Shown: positions 10,571-21,904, numbered from the whole stretch's first letter. The stretch: DNA of 62,836 bases, filler included, from Globobulimina sp. (GCA_003354225.1; 46 parts of 46 records of this genome joined end to end with filler, not necessarily neighbours in it); one strand, 5' to 3'. Numbers and translations are program-made. Notes: a model not told the origin generated them from the letters alone.

Positions 10571-10852
10571 ATGAAATCACAAATTGTTCAATACAAAAGT
10601 ACTTCTCATTTAATCGAAAACGTAAAGGAAGAATTATTTAAAGTCGGGTATAAACCAGGAAGTGTTCAAGTTTATCAGAGATACTGGAATGCATTATTAA
10701 AGTATGAGGCCAACAATGGAATCAAGTCATATTCACCGAAGGGTGGAATTGAATTTTTAAATGCCATTTTTAGTATCAGTGTTTTTACAGCTTTAAGTAA
10801 ACAGGACAAGGTGCGTGCTCGTTCCATTACGCTTCTTAATGATTACAGCCGA
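10571..10852 (+). CDS. Probable N-terminus of a bacterial-type tyrosine recombinase (RitA/RIT-element-like), 3'-partial
   Basis: LIENVKEELFKVGYKPGSVQVYQRYWNALLKY...GIKSYSPKGGIEFL fits the 'L...GY...T...Y...W..L.......Y......FL' N-terminal pattern of long tyrosine recombinases. The catalytic domain is not in view. Confidence 0.55.
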
Positions 10853-10952
10853 NNNNNNNNNNNNNNNNNNNNNNNNNNNNNNNNNNNNNNNNNNNNTTAA
10901 TTAATTAANNNNNNNNNNNNNNNNNNNNNNNNNNNNNNNNNNNNNNNNNNNN

Positions 10953-11431
10953 AAGCTGACAGTAAATATAGAGATGCTGGGCATAATTAAGTTCACCAAT
11001 AATACATAAAATTTGCTTAATTTATAACGATCATATTTAAAATCGTCAGCAGTACAAACACAGACATGGACAGTCCGTACAGGTGCCGTGGATAATTGCT
11101 TTTCATTTTTTGTTGTCGATAATGCAGACAAATCAATGTCAAAATCATGTTTAAAGTTGAATGATTTAATTTTTTCTGATACAGGCGATGTATGCGATGT
11201 TGCCAAAGATCCGGTTACCGACACGGTTGGCGATTTTGTAGCTGGATCTGGTTTTGAAATTGATTGGACATTCTCATGGTGTACGTTAATACGAATGTGA
11301 TTGTGAAGAGCTCGAGGTACGCTTCTCTTCGTCGCCTTATTACGAGGTGTAGATACTGGTAGTTCAACAATATATGGCTCGGTGTGACTATTAGTAACAT
11401 GTCCGGGTCCGTTTGCGTTTACTCGCGCCAT
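10953..11431 (-). CDS. Hypothetical protein, 3'-partial
   Basis: ATG-initiated ORF running to the contig edge, Ser/Thr/Pro-rich, no motif. Confidence 0.4.
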
Positions 11432-12031
11432 TTTAACAGAGGGTACAAAGAGTGAAAACTAGTTTATTAGACTATGTCTACTTATGTCTAAGAGGATTGC
11501 TTGCCAGCAGCGTGGATTAATAAATAGTCCTCACTCTATTGCCTCTACTGTCTCGTCATATGTTTTATAATTCGTTTGAAAAATAAACCTCCACATAGAA
11601 AATCGATAATGGCAAATGCAACAGAAATGGTCCAGAAGATACAGGTTCGAATCTTGTGGCGACAGCAAATCACCATTATGTAATGGATTTTATGGAATGG
11701 ATGAAAAAAAAAGAGAAACTATCAAACGAAGCCTCACAATGGAACTATCAAACTGCGCCAAACAATGAAACTATCCAAATCACGCAAAAAAGCCGGCATA
11801 AAATCACTATTAACAGGTATCCCATGAAAAACAACCATTTTTCGCATCTGATTATTCTGATAAAGTTGGCATTGTGGTATAAAGTTCACTTTTTCTGTTC
11901 CCATAAATGTCCAACAATTCTCATAAAAAAACTCATATATAAACTAATATTTTATCACACAGAAACATTTATGGGATGACATAGTGAATTTATGTGATGA
12001 TTTATACATCAATCAAATAAGCAAAGACAAG

Positions 12032-12116
12032 ATTTGCATTCAAACTGTTAATTACATCTATAATATTTGCATTCAAACTGTTAATTGATTTGCATAATAC
12101 ATTGTAATATTTGCAG
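12032..12116. repeat. Cluster of ATTTGCA(T) motifs including a 22-bp direct repeat
   Basis: ATTTGCATTCAAACTGTTAATT at 12032 and 12065, with further ATTTGCA at about 12088 and 12109. Confidence 0.7.
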
Positions 12117-12449
12117 TACAAATGCACGAAACACATCGGATTTATAACTGTCCAATTCATGGCGAACTACCTGGTCCGAATTGTCCACAGTGTAATCTTT
12201 AAACAATTAATATTTCATTCANNNNNNNNNNNNNNNNNNNNNNNNNNNNNNNNNNNNNNNNNNNNTTAATTAATTAANNNNNNNNNNNNNNNNNNNNNNN
12301 NNNNNNNNNNNNNNNNNNNNNAGAGATGGAGAGTGATTTTTATGCAGATTGAGACATATAATTATTACAATATTCCTCTCTCTCTTCCAGCGATATTGCT
12401 CATGCGTTTATTGTATATATTAATAAAACAATTAAAGCAAGCTTTGTGC

Positions 12450-13520
12450 CGTTATCCGGCTTGTAAAACAAAGTTGGATTTATTCTTACATTATAACACA
12501 AATACGAGACAATGTTCTCGCTGTTTTTTTATTAAGCAATGGTATGGTTACATACATGTAATTTTATTATTTTATGTTGGTTGAGATTGGTTGGATTCGT
12601 CATCATTTTAATTATGTTTAATGTTCATAATAAAATGTGTAAATGTCAATAATTCAATAATAAATTATTATTATTTGCTGATTAATGTTTTATGTAAAAC
12701 ATTTTTTTTCTTTCTTTGAGTGTTGTTCTATTGATACCATACATAATTCCATTGATGTATGTAATATCTATTTCACTCTTTTCTGTTTTGAAAAAATGTT
12801 TGATGTCCGAATGTATCAATGTAATAACGTTTCCATAATTATCATTGATTGACCATTTTTCCTATTCTCTTGCTACCGCTTTTCTTTTTTGATCGAAAGT
12901 TCAGTCGGAAGGACCAGATAAGATCGGGGTCGACGCACCATTTATGGTATACAGTGGAGTCTAGGTGGACTATGACTAGCTAGTAAATGTAAGTTAAAGT
13001 AGAAAACAGTCTTAGTTGTCAGTTTACCACACTAGGTCGAAATCATACTTACTTTTCCACTTTGTAGTATTTTACTATTCATGCTCAGTTTAGAATCAAA
13101 AAGAAGCAGGTGTTCAAAGAAAAAAAAAAGTCAGCATCTCAGAGGAAACGTGATAGAAAATCAAATAGAATCATACACAGTCATAACTACTAAGTTGTTA
13201 TAATTTAGTTATATCTCTACATCATTTTGGTTTTGATTGATTTGATGAGGAAATTCATGATTTTACTGGATTGCCTTGAGTTTAAATAATAATTAGCACC
13301 GGGATTACATTCGACAATAATCCAACCTCCATTTGATATTTTAGTGATATCCCATCCAATGCTACTCATATCATATAAATTCGTTATCCGGCTTGTAAAA
13401 CAAAGTTGGATCTATTTCTTACATTAACACAAAGACGAGACAATCTTCTCGCTGTCGTTTATTAAGCAATGTTATTATTACATACATGTAATTTTATTGG
13501 GATTTGATTGATTGGAATCA
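12450..13520. repeat. Diverged ~130-150-bp direct repeat pair, 932 bp apart
   Basis: CGTTATCCGGCTTGTAAAACAAAGTTGGAT... begins at 12450 and at 13382. Similarity continues through TACATACATGTAATTTTATT. Confidence 0.9.
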
Positions 13521-13924
13521 TCAGCGAATATCCATAAAATAATAATTTTTAATATTATTTTGTTTGGTTGGAATTTCTGGATATTTCTAANNNNNNNNNN
13601 NNNNNNNNNNNNNNNNNNNNNNNNNNNNNNNNNNTTAATTAATTAANNNNNNNNNNNNNNNNNNNNNNNNNNNNNNNNNNNNNNNNNNNNACTCCCTAGA
13701 TATTGTCTAACTATTTCTTTTTTTTTTGTTTTAATGGCCTCAATTTTACGCCATAATTTTTTAATATTTGAGAGGATTGTTCTTCTAATCTGACTTCAAA
13801 GAATACAATTATAGTTGTAAGATGCAAAAAATTATTTGAAAATCCGCGGACCTAAGCCTTAGTTGTAAGATGCAAGCGTTTTACAACAAACATAAAAAGA
13901 AACTCTCGAAAGAAACATGTGTTA

Positions 13925-14959
13925 TTAATAAGTTTTTGTGGGCAATCGCTTTATTTTTCCCTTTTGTATATCCGCGCAAAAGTCACCGGATTCTTTTTTA
14001 TCAAAATCCATTTTGATCCACTTCCAGTAATCATTTATATCCCTTTTATCACCTAAATTATACTTATCAATCTCCCGAATATCAACAGACATATTGAATG
14101 AAACTGGATTATCACTGAGCGCTTTTTTGTATTTTGCCAATAATTTCAATATATATAACAATCGATTTTGTGCTTTCTTCTCAAATTTCTGTTTCTCCCT
14201 CGTCCAGTTATCGTGCCAGAACAATGGCCGCTTTCTATGTTCCTCATAAATATGAAATATAATATCTCTGTCCGGCAGATACAAATCATAGCCAAATGTA
14301 AACAACCTCACTGTCATTAATATCTCTTCGCCATCGAACAAATATGGCAGATATGGATCAGAGGGCACATTGATTAACTTATGGCCTCTCGCAAACGAGA
14401 AGCCAGCCGCAAAAAACACTGTATACACTGGTTTCGATGGATTATGCACAAAATGTCCCCTTTCGTGTTTAAACATAAATGACCGCTCCAATAGCTTTGT
14501 TTTGCAAATAGCGACCACTGGCGTTTGCTTTTTAGAGATTGGTGGCAACCAAAACTCAGCCTTTTCGTCTGTTGCTTTAGGATAAGTGCTAAATACTGCA
14601 AAATCGTTATCCACTCTTTTAAACATATCAATTAATACATTGTCCCAATGCGGCACAAACCGAGTATGGGCATCAATTTGCAACACATAATCTTCGCCGC
14701 TATAAAATAATTCAGCTCTGTATCTGCCATACATCGGTCCTTTGGCATCCTGGTACGAGACACGGTCAATTTGGATCTGCCAAAATCTGCCGCATAATGG
14801 ATGCAATACTTGCTGATGATCACAGTCCATTAACTTGTCATAATCTGTGCAATCGCCGTCTGTTATATTATGTTGTTGGAAGACACCAAACCGAATACGA
14901 TCGGGATACATGGCTGTCTCGAATGCATTTATTATCGTATTCACGCATTCATTGTCAAG
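13925..14959 (-). CDS. GT60 / Gnt1-like UDP-GlcNAc:polypeptide (hydroxyproline) GlcNAc transferase, 5'-partial
   Basis: FETAMYPDRIRFGVFQQ, AKGPMYGRY, LQIDAHTRF..WD, FFAAGFSF, VPSDPYLPYLFDGEE and final LGDKRDINDY. Confidence 0.88.
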   Translation of the reverse strand, partial: LDNECVNTIINAFETAMYPDRIRFGVFQQHNITDGDCTDYDKLMDCDHQQVLHPLCGRFWQIQIDRVSYQDAKGPMYGRYRAELFYSGEDYVLQIDAHTRFVPHWDNVLIDMFKRVDNDFAVFSTYPKATDEKAEFWLPPISKKQTPVVAICKTKLLERSFMFKHERGHFVHNPSKPVYTVFFAAGFSFARGHKLINVPSDPYLPYLFDGEEILMTVRLFTFGYDLYLPDRDIIFHIYEEHRKRPLFWHDNWTREKQKFEKKAQNRLLYILKLLAKYKKALSDNPVSFNMSVDIREIDKYNLGDKRDINDYWKWIKMDFDKKESGDFCADIQKGKIKRLPTKTY

Positions 14960-15356
14960 NNNNNNNNNNNNNNNNNNNNNNNNNNNNNNNNNNNNNNNNN
15001 NNNTTAATTAATTAANNNNNNNNNNNNNNNNNNNNNNNNNNNNNNNNNNNNNNNNNNNNGATTGGTGGTAAAAGTTATTTTGCATAAAATGCAATATTCG
15101 TGATGGTATGTCTATTTTAATTATCCTTGATTATCCAATCCTACTTGACTAATCTCAAAACAAGGACGTTGTGATTACCAATATGATCAAAAAATCACAT
15201 TTTTTTTTAAAGGGGATCCTGTCCGGTCATATTGGTAATATTGATCATATTGATCATATTTTATTTTGGAAATATTTGAAATTTTGATAATATTTGATTA
15301 TTGATATGACTAAAATAAATCAGGTGAGGGTTTTGCGTGTAAAAAACGCACTTTCC

Positions 15357-15453
15357 CTTACCATAACTCGGGCATAGCTTGCGTGTAAAACACATTCATC
15401 TTACAATAACTCGGGCGACTGGCTCGACCAAACCTCCTTACAATAACTCGGGC
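15357..15453 (+). repeat. Three copies of 17-bp CTTACMATAACTCGGGC
   Basis: At 15357, 15400 and 15437. TTGCGTGTAAAA also precedes the first two copies. Confidence 0.9.
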
Positions 15454-15479
15454 ATAATTGAAATCCCGCCGAGACTCAA

Positions 15480-16172
15480 ATGAAAGTATTAACGAAATCG
15501 ATTGGTATTCATAAATATAATTACGACCATTATGGAGTTGGTGCGTTATATGATAGATTAAGGATTTTAGAACGAAGTAAGAAGTATTCAAAATATGAAG
15601 ATTATTTGCCGTCGATCCAATTCAGTCAGAATAGTATCAAACGCCCGCACACTGGCTACGCTCCGAACGAATTACGTTTCTTCTTCCCTTTCTATACAAA
15701 CTGTTTGGAGATGAACCTGAGATTGAAGGATTTTAGCAAATTGAATGCGAGCGACTTCAGATTAAATGGCTCCGTCGATTATAAGCGTTTCAAGCGTTGG
15801 GCTAAGAATACGCATAAATTGATTATTGATAAGGCCACAAGGCGTAGAATAAAGCATGAGAAGGATCAACAATTAGCTTATAATCAGATTAAAAATAAAC
15901 AATTTAATTTATACGATTACGTAGTTTGGCAACCAACTGATACGGTATTAAACAAATTATCATTAAATGAAATTTATGGTTGGTATATCAGTGAGATTAT
16001 TGAACCAGGAAAGAAATATGTTATCAAAAATGTCTTCGATAGGTCCGAGCAGCATATTGCGAATCATTGTCATTTGCGTTATTTTTATCGGCCTTTATTT
16101 AAGGATCCAAGCAAGATGTTGGACTGTGTTTTATTACGTATTGATAAAAACGTCACTTCTACTCAGTTTTAA
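15480..16172 (+). mobile_element. Retroviral-type (Ty3/gypsy or Ginger-like) integrase C-terminal region, catalytic core degenerate or absent
   Basis: YEDYLPSIQFSQNSIKRPHTGYAPNEL matches the post-core 'W...L..I.FAYN......TG.SP.EL' motif. FNLYDYVVW...NKL....YGWY...YVI...ANHCHLRYF resembles the GPY/F module. Confidence 0.65.
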
Positions 16173-16428
16173 TTAATTAATTACAAAAACCTTTACCTCT
16201 CTCTTGTTTCAACCAAACAGACACATAAAATAACAAACTTTTTAAATTATTCCGATATCGAATATCACCACCAAACCGTACACCAAAATCAAAATCGCTC
16301 AATATTCTATCTTGTCTAGACGCGTATCNNNNNNNNNNNNNNNNNNNNNNNNNNNNNNNNNNNNNNNNNNNNTTAATTAATTAANNNNNNNNNNNNNNNN
16401 NNNNNNNNNNNNNNNNNNNNNNNNNNNN

Positions 16429-17697
16429 TCATCACTGCCATATCCACCAAATTATCCTGCACATCACCGACACCATCAAAAACAATTTCTGACTGCGGTA
16501 CATGGTTTGGAAAATTTAATAACTGAAACCACGGCCTTTTATCTCTGTTAATTTCATCAAACTGTTTCTTGTTTTCATCATCACCGTATTTGATAGAATA
16601 TTCTCTCATTAATTTATAAATTTGTTGTTGATATTGAATCATTTCAACCAAACTCAACAAACATTCCACACTGAATTCTTTGCCCAAATGATTGACAAAC
16701 AATTCAAAGCCTTTATAATGTCCTAATATTTGATATAATTTTATTTTTTTCCCATTTTTAATATTATTAACAGCCACAATGTTTTTATCTGTTTGTCCAA
16801 CATATTCCATAATTAACACTTCAACATATTCCATATCATTTGCGTTTTGATAATAGCCATCGTATTGGCTGGTACATGTCGATAATTTGTGTTGCTTTTC
16901 CATCAGTTTTTTTGTTGCTATCTTGCCACTTTTTCTTTTTCTAACTGCAACTTCTCTTAACTGATAGTTTCGATTTATAATTAACGGCAATACTTGCTTT
17001 GGAACCCAATATATTGCAGTTATAATTGACATAAAAATGCCAATCCACACCACATTCACTTGGATACAGTACAAAATTGTACTCAGATTGGTAGGAAAAT
17101 TGAATATAACCTCCAATATATTTGCTGTAAACATTAGGGAATAGGTAATAGATAAACATATAAATATTTTTTCAAATTCTTTTCGGATATAAAAATTATC
17201 AGAAAATTTGGTGGTTGAAAAATATATTGCAATTAATATGCAAAAAGGAACAAATAAATGGAAATTAAAATAAATGATCCACCAATGATGGAAATTAAAA
17301 TATAATGAGGTCATAAACATTGGCGTAATAATTAAAATAATTTGCGTGAAACATGCAGGGATAATAAATGTATTCCTTATATATGTTTTATTTCCAAATT
17401 TATGACGGTTTTTTAAATACCAATCCATTTTATTGTCTGTTTAAATGGACATCATATTTGTATAATGTTTTTAAATAATATAGACAGTACCTTTATGTTT
17501 TGAATTTATAACAAATTGCCATTCATTTGCGAGAATAGCCACATTGACATGAATTCCAAAATGTAGCAGCCAAAACCTCCAAATCCATAAATAAAATAGA
17601 ACCAAAGTAGTGATATAATCCATGGCTACCAATGCATTGAATTGCAATGATAATTTATGTGGCTGTCGATACCATATTAATATTGAAATATAAATTA
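16429..17697 (-). CDS. Multi-TM (7TM-type) protein with C-terminal RGS domain, partial; intron 17437-17490
   Basis: TM helices, then SDNFYIRKE, then LYQILGHYKGFELFVNHLGKEFSVECLLSLVEMIQY (RGS helices). The upstream exon LWIWRFWLLHF...EWQFVINSKHK|DNKMDW is joined by a 54-nt GT-AG intron. Confidence 0.8.
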
Positions 17698-18008
17698 NNN
17701 NNNNNNNNNNNNNNNNNNNNNNNNNNNNNNNNNNNNNNNNNTTAATTAATTAANNNNNNNNNNNNNNNNNNNNNNNNNNNNNNNNNNNNNNNNNNNNAAT
17801 CATATTAACTGTACTTTAAATGCACTGATTCCACGAATTGCAACTTATCCAAAGCTTGCTAAATATCTCTTATTCGCAGTCAACTACATGATGGCATTCA
17901 TATTTTATTGTGTCTTCAAATTGGGATTGTTCAGAATTGATTTATTTGTCAATTTCTTTGAAAAATTATTTCTAGACAGTCTTTTTTATTCTAATGTGCC
18001 ACATTCAG

Positions 18009-19066
18009 TCATATCCAAACAAATGCACTAACAACACAGACTTGATCCCAATTAAAAACAACACGCTCAGACTTGCCTTTACCAGATCCGTTTGGTGCGT
18101 GCACCGAGTCATATCCCATCGATTGTAACTTCTTAAAATTAAATTTGCCGGCACTCGCATCTTTGGCAACAAATGTTTTTCCAACCAATACTTTGGCACT
18201 TATCACCCATCCACCTTTATGTTCAGATTTATACTTTGCACTCTCCACATTTTCCGCAAAATATATGCCTCCGCCAAACATCCCATCACTGCCTCGAAGC
18301 ATTCTTCCCGATCTAGCAATGGCATCAGCTGCTTTTTTATTTGTTACATGATACAATGTCTTCACTTCATCGCCAAATGTTTTCCGTTTTGGTCCAGTCC
18401 ACCACTCACTGCGCACAAAATTATTGTCACTCCTATTCCTCACCGCAACTCTTCGAACATCTCGTTCAAAATTACTTGACAAATTACACTGTTTCAGTTT
18501 GCCAAATCTAATCTCATAGGTTTTGCGTTCGATTGTAAATAGATGAATGTTTTCTAAATTTGCATAACTTTTTTCTATGGCAATGCTTGTTTTTGTATTA
18601 TAATCTCTCCATTCAGGGCCATCATAACACCACTGCCATTTCATCAATTTCTCGAACTTTTCGTCATTTATATTTACCCTTCTTATAGCTCGCCTATATT
18701 GCGTTGCTTTCTTAACCTGTACCATTTGGAATGGCTTAATATCATAGCTTCGCGTTGCAAATGTCTTTGTTAGCACCTTACCATAACCATTTGCACCTTG
18801 ATTGGTATAAACACTTTCAAGTTCATTGCATATAACCTGTGAATAATCCTTATATCCGTCGTAATCCTGCCATTGCCAACACTGAACAGCAGACACTGGT
18901 TTTACTGAGAAAAGTTTTTTTATGGGACTTTTAACTTTATCAGCTGAAACACGTCTTATTTTGCGTGCAAATTTTGTCTTTACATTATACTGTTTCAATT
19001 CATCCAATCGAACTTCATACTTCTTTCCACCAAAAGAAAATAAGTATATATTTTCCCCGTTTTTAT
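18009..19066 (-). CDS. Multi-WWE domain + compact PARP-like (Gig2-type) ADP-ribosyltransferase, 5'-partial
   Basis: WWE repeats (WQWQDYDGYKDY..ELE, WQWCYDGPEWRDY..IE, and a third partial copy KYEVRLDELKQYNVKTKFARKIRR). Catalytic region LYHVT, GMFGGGIYFA, GYDSV, SERVVF. Confidence 0.85.
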
Positions 19067-19166
19067 NNNNNNNNNNNNNNNNNNNNNNNNNNNNNNNNNN
19101 NNNNNNNNNNTTAATTAATTAANNNNNNNNNNNNNNNNNNNNNNNNNNNNNNNNNNNNNNNNNNNN

Positions 19167-20224
19167 GTTGGATATTTTGTAGGATATGCAGTTGGCGCAG
19201 GTGTTGGTGCACTGGTAATCACATCGCATAATATTTTTCCTTGATTTATTTCTTTCATCCTATGATAATCTGGATTGCCAGTGATAAAATCCTCAATCAC
19301 AGTAACTACATAAATCTCTGGTTCCCCATTCTTATCAATATCTAATATTTGATCAGATACTAATCTCTGTTGTGTATATCCATATGTGGTTCTAGGTAAA
19401 AATGCAGTATTCTCATCACCAAATACCCAATTACCATAAATATAATATGTATAAGGGCCACTTATATCAGTTATTTCCACTGCTTCTGCTGCTTGCCACT
19501 CAATGTATGCCGTTTTATATCCTTCAATTGAAGCTATGCACCATTCGATATTTGCATTGGATTCCGTGGGTGATGGTGTTGGTGAATTTGTTGGATTTAA
19601 TGTGAAAATATCACATATGACATTGTTTGAATATACTTTACCATTTACATCATCATCATAAACAGCTCTGATATGTATATGTTCATTCGCTGCTACCTCA
19701 CGAAATAATATTGTTTGATAAGAAGTAGAAGTCATTTGTTCCAGATCATCATCAGTAATTTCATAATATGCTCCTTTGGAATATACTGCATCTGCTTGTT
19801 TCTCCCAATATATCTCAGTCACTTTAACGCCTAACTCAACATCGTATCCATTATTAACCACAATGCAATTCATAGGTGGCGGGAGCAACATACATACGGA
19901 AGAAGGTGATAAATAATAATGATCCACAGCGGTACAAACACATCTGTCATTAGCACACGTCGCATTTATATCGCCTTGTGTCCGACAATGCGATATTTCG
20001 CATTTTTCAATCTTGCACGGACTTATCATTGGAGCACCTGGAGTGCCACTAAAATTACATGACATCTTCCAATTTGTGGGCGAAATCACTGCATTGTTTG
20101 CAATCAATTCGTGACTATAACCTGGCGTCACTGCGATATAGTTATCTCCGCTTTGTCTCTCTGCCTCTGATAATACACTATTACTTGAAAAATCGGATAC
20201 GCTCTGTCTCCATATTGTGTTCGA
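19167..20224 (-). CDS. Extracellular Cys-rich / FN3-like / PT-repeat surface protein exon
   Basis: EGF-like Cys spacing, beta-sandwich-like repeats ending V.C, and stalks TLNPTNSPTPSPT and TSAPTPAPTAYPTKYP. The frame is open to a splice acceptor near 20225. Confidence 0.6.
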
Positions 20225-20292
20225 CTGTTTATTTTAATTAAACATAACATGATCGATATATTATAATTTAATATGGAACGTACCATACATTC

Positions 20293-20371
20293 AAGTTTCT
20301 GCCATGCTCCACGAATAGCTGTTTTTAAAAAACTTTTATTTTGCAGATTTCGTGGAGCATGGCAGAAACTT
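20293..20371. repeat. 79-bp inverted repeat with perfect 23-bp arms
   Basis: AAGTTTCTGCCATGCTCCACGAA (20293-20315) and its reverse complement (20349-20371). Confidence 0.92.
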
Positions 20372-20680
20372 CCACCACTATTTGGAAGCTGTGAAGCACA
20401 GATTTGTGTTAGGCACATCTTTGGGGACTAGGAAANNNNNNNNNNNNNNNNNNNNNNNNNNNNNNNNNNNNNNNNNNNNTTAATTAATTAANNNNNNNNN
20501 NNNNNNNNNNNNNNNNNNNNNNNNNNNNNNNNNNNTGGAGATGGTGATAACCACACCATAGCCAATATGTTTTAAATTAATTTTTGTACAAAATCCGCGT
20601 CGAAATTTTCATTTTTTTGAATTATTAATGTTTAAACTTGAGAGTTTTTTGCGCGTATTTAACTTTCTTAATGTTTGGAG

Positions 20681-21804
20681 GTATTAATTTGTTGGCTGTG
20701 AAGTATCCACAATACGCTGGATTGTTCCGTAACGTACAAAATGAAAAACGTGATGGTTCCAAATGGTTAGACGACATCACTTTTAACCAAATGTTTGGAT
20801 CATTAAACAAAAATTTTGGTGCATCCAACAATCGCAACAGTGATAATAAGTTAGTTGCCGAGGATTTAGAAGTACCAATCGCCAAATTAATCGCAGGTAG
20901 TTCAGCCATTGAATTTTTGCAAACTGTCTCGCGGAATAAAGATCGACGAGAAAGAGAAGAAATATACCATACAAAAATAAGCAAGAAAAAAACAAATAAT
21001 ATACAAATGGCCAAAGCAATAATAAATAAGAAGAAAGACATAAAATTTTCAAAAAGCGGAGCCATTGATAAACGAAGCAAATTATACAAAGCGTTGACGA
21101 AAAATAAAAATAAGCACACAACTTCTGACTGTTCGTACAAACGGATTGCCGCAGCCATATTGGCAAAGGAATTTGGGCATATTCCTTCAGAAGCATTTGA
21201 TTCCGCCGTTGATAGATGTTATTGTCTCAAATGTCATAACAAAAGAGGCGATCGATTAATTTACAAACGCGGCAATCCAACCAAGCGATATGCGTTACCC
21301 ATAGGATGGGTCAGATTCGGTTTACAAACAAACGACGTGATCTGCAAAATGAACAATGTTTGGGATGAATGGCATGTGGCATATCATGGTACAATGAAGG
21401 AAACCGTATCGAAAATATTTGCCGGAGGACTGTTGTTATTGAAACCTGGCGATGTTGCTATTGGTGGTCATTCTGTTGGTGTTCGAGATGGGCATATTCC
21501 GAAACCTTTTAAAAGGAGGAATTTGTATACTGGAACGGATGAAATGTTTGATCCAAACCAAATTTATTTGAGTTCATCGATAAAATATGCTGGACATGAA
21601 TGCTATGCAAAAACATCTGTTTGTCGTCATCCATTGGAAGGAGATAAGCGGTTAAAGGTTAAATTTGCATTTCAAGTGAGAGTACGTGCTGAATCATACC
21701 ATGTTGGACAAGAAACCATTGGTGTAAAAGGTGTGATTGATGAGTATTTTGATAATAATGAGTTGGAATGGTATACAAAAGAAACTGCGGGCATTGTTGT
21801 TTAT
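20681..21804 (+). CDS. NEURL4-type ADP-ribosyltransferase-like domain protein, partial
   Basis: CYCLKCHNKRGD...RGNPTKRYALPIGWVRFGL, WHVAYHGT, IYLSSSIKYA, FAFQVRVR.ESY and NNELEWY follow the NEURL4 C-terminal ART-like domain. Confidence 0.8.
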
Positions 21805-21904
21805 NNNNNNNNNNNNNNNNNNNNNNNNNNNNNNNNNNNNNNNNNNNNTTAATTAATTAANNNNNNNNNNNNNNNNNNNNNNNNNNNNNNNNNNNNNNNN
21901 NNNN

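Noticed and set aside
11641..11667. tRNA T-arm / box B (ACAGGTTCGAATCTTGT)
   Set aside because: No convincing acceptor, D or anticodon arm upstream. At most a relic.
15357..15453. Mini CRISPR array (also considered for 10363-10489 and 4990-5151)
   Set aside because: Repeats are too short or few, spacers are unequal or related or absent, and there are no cas genes.
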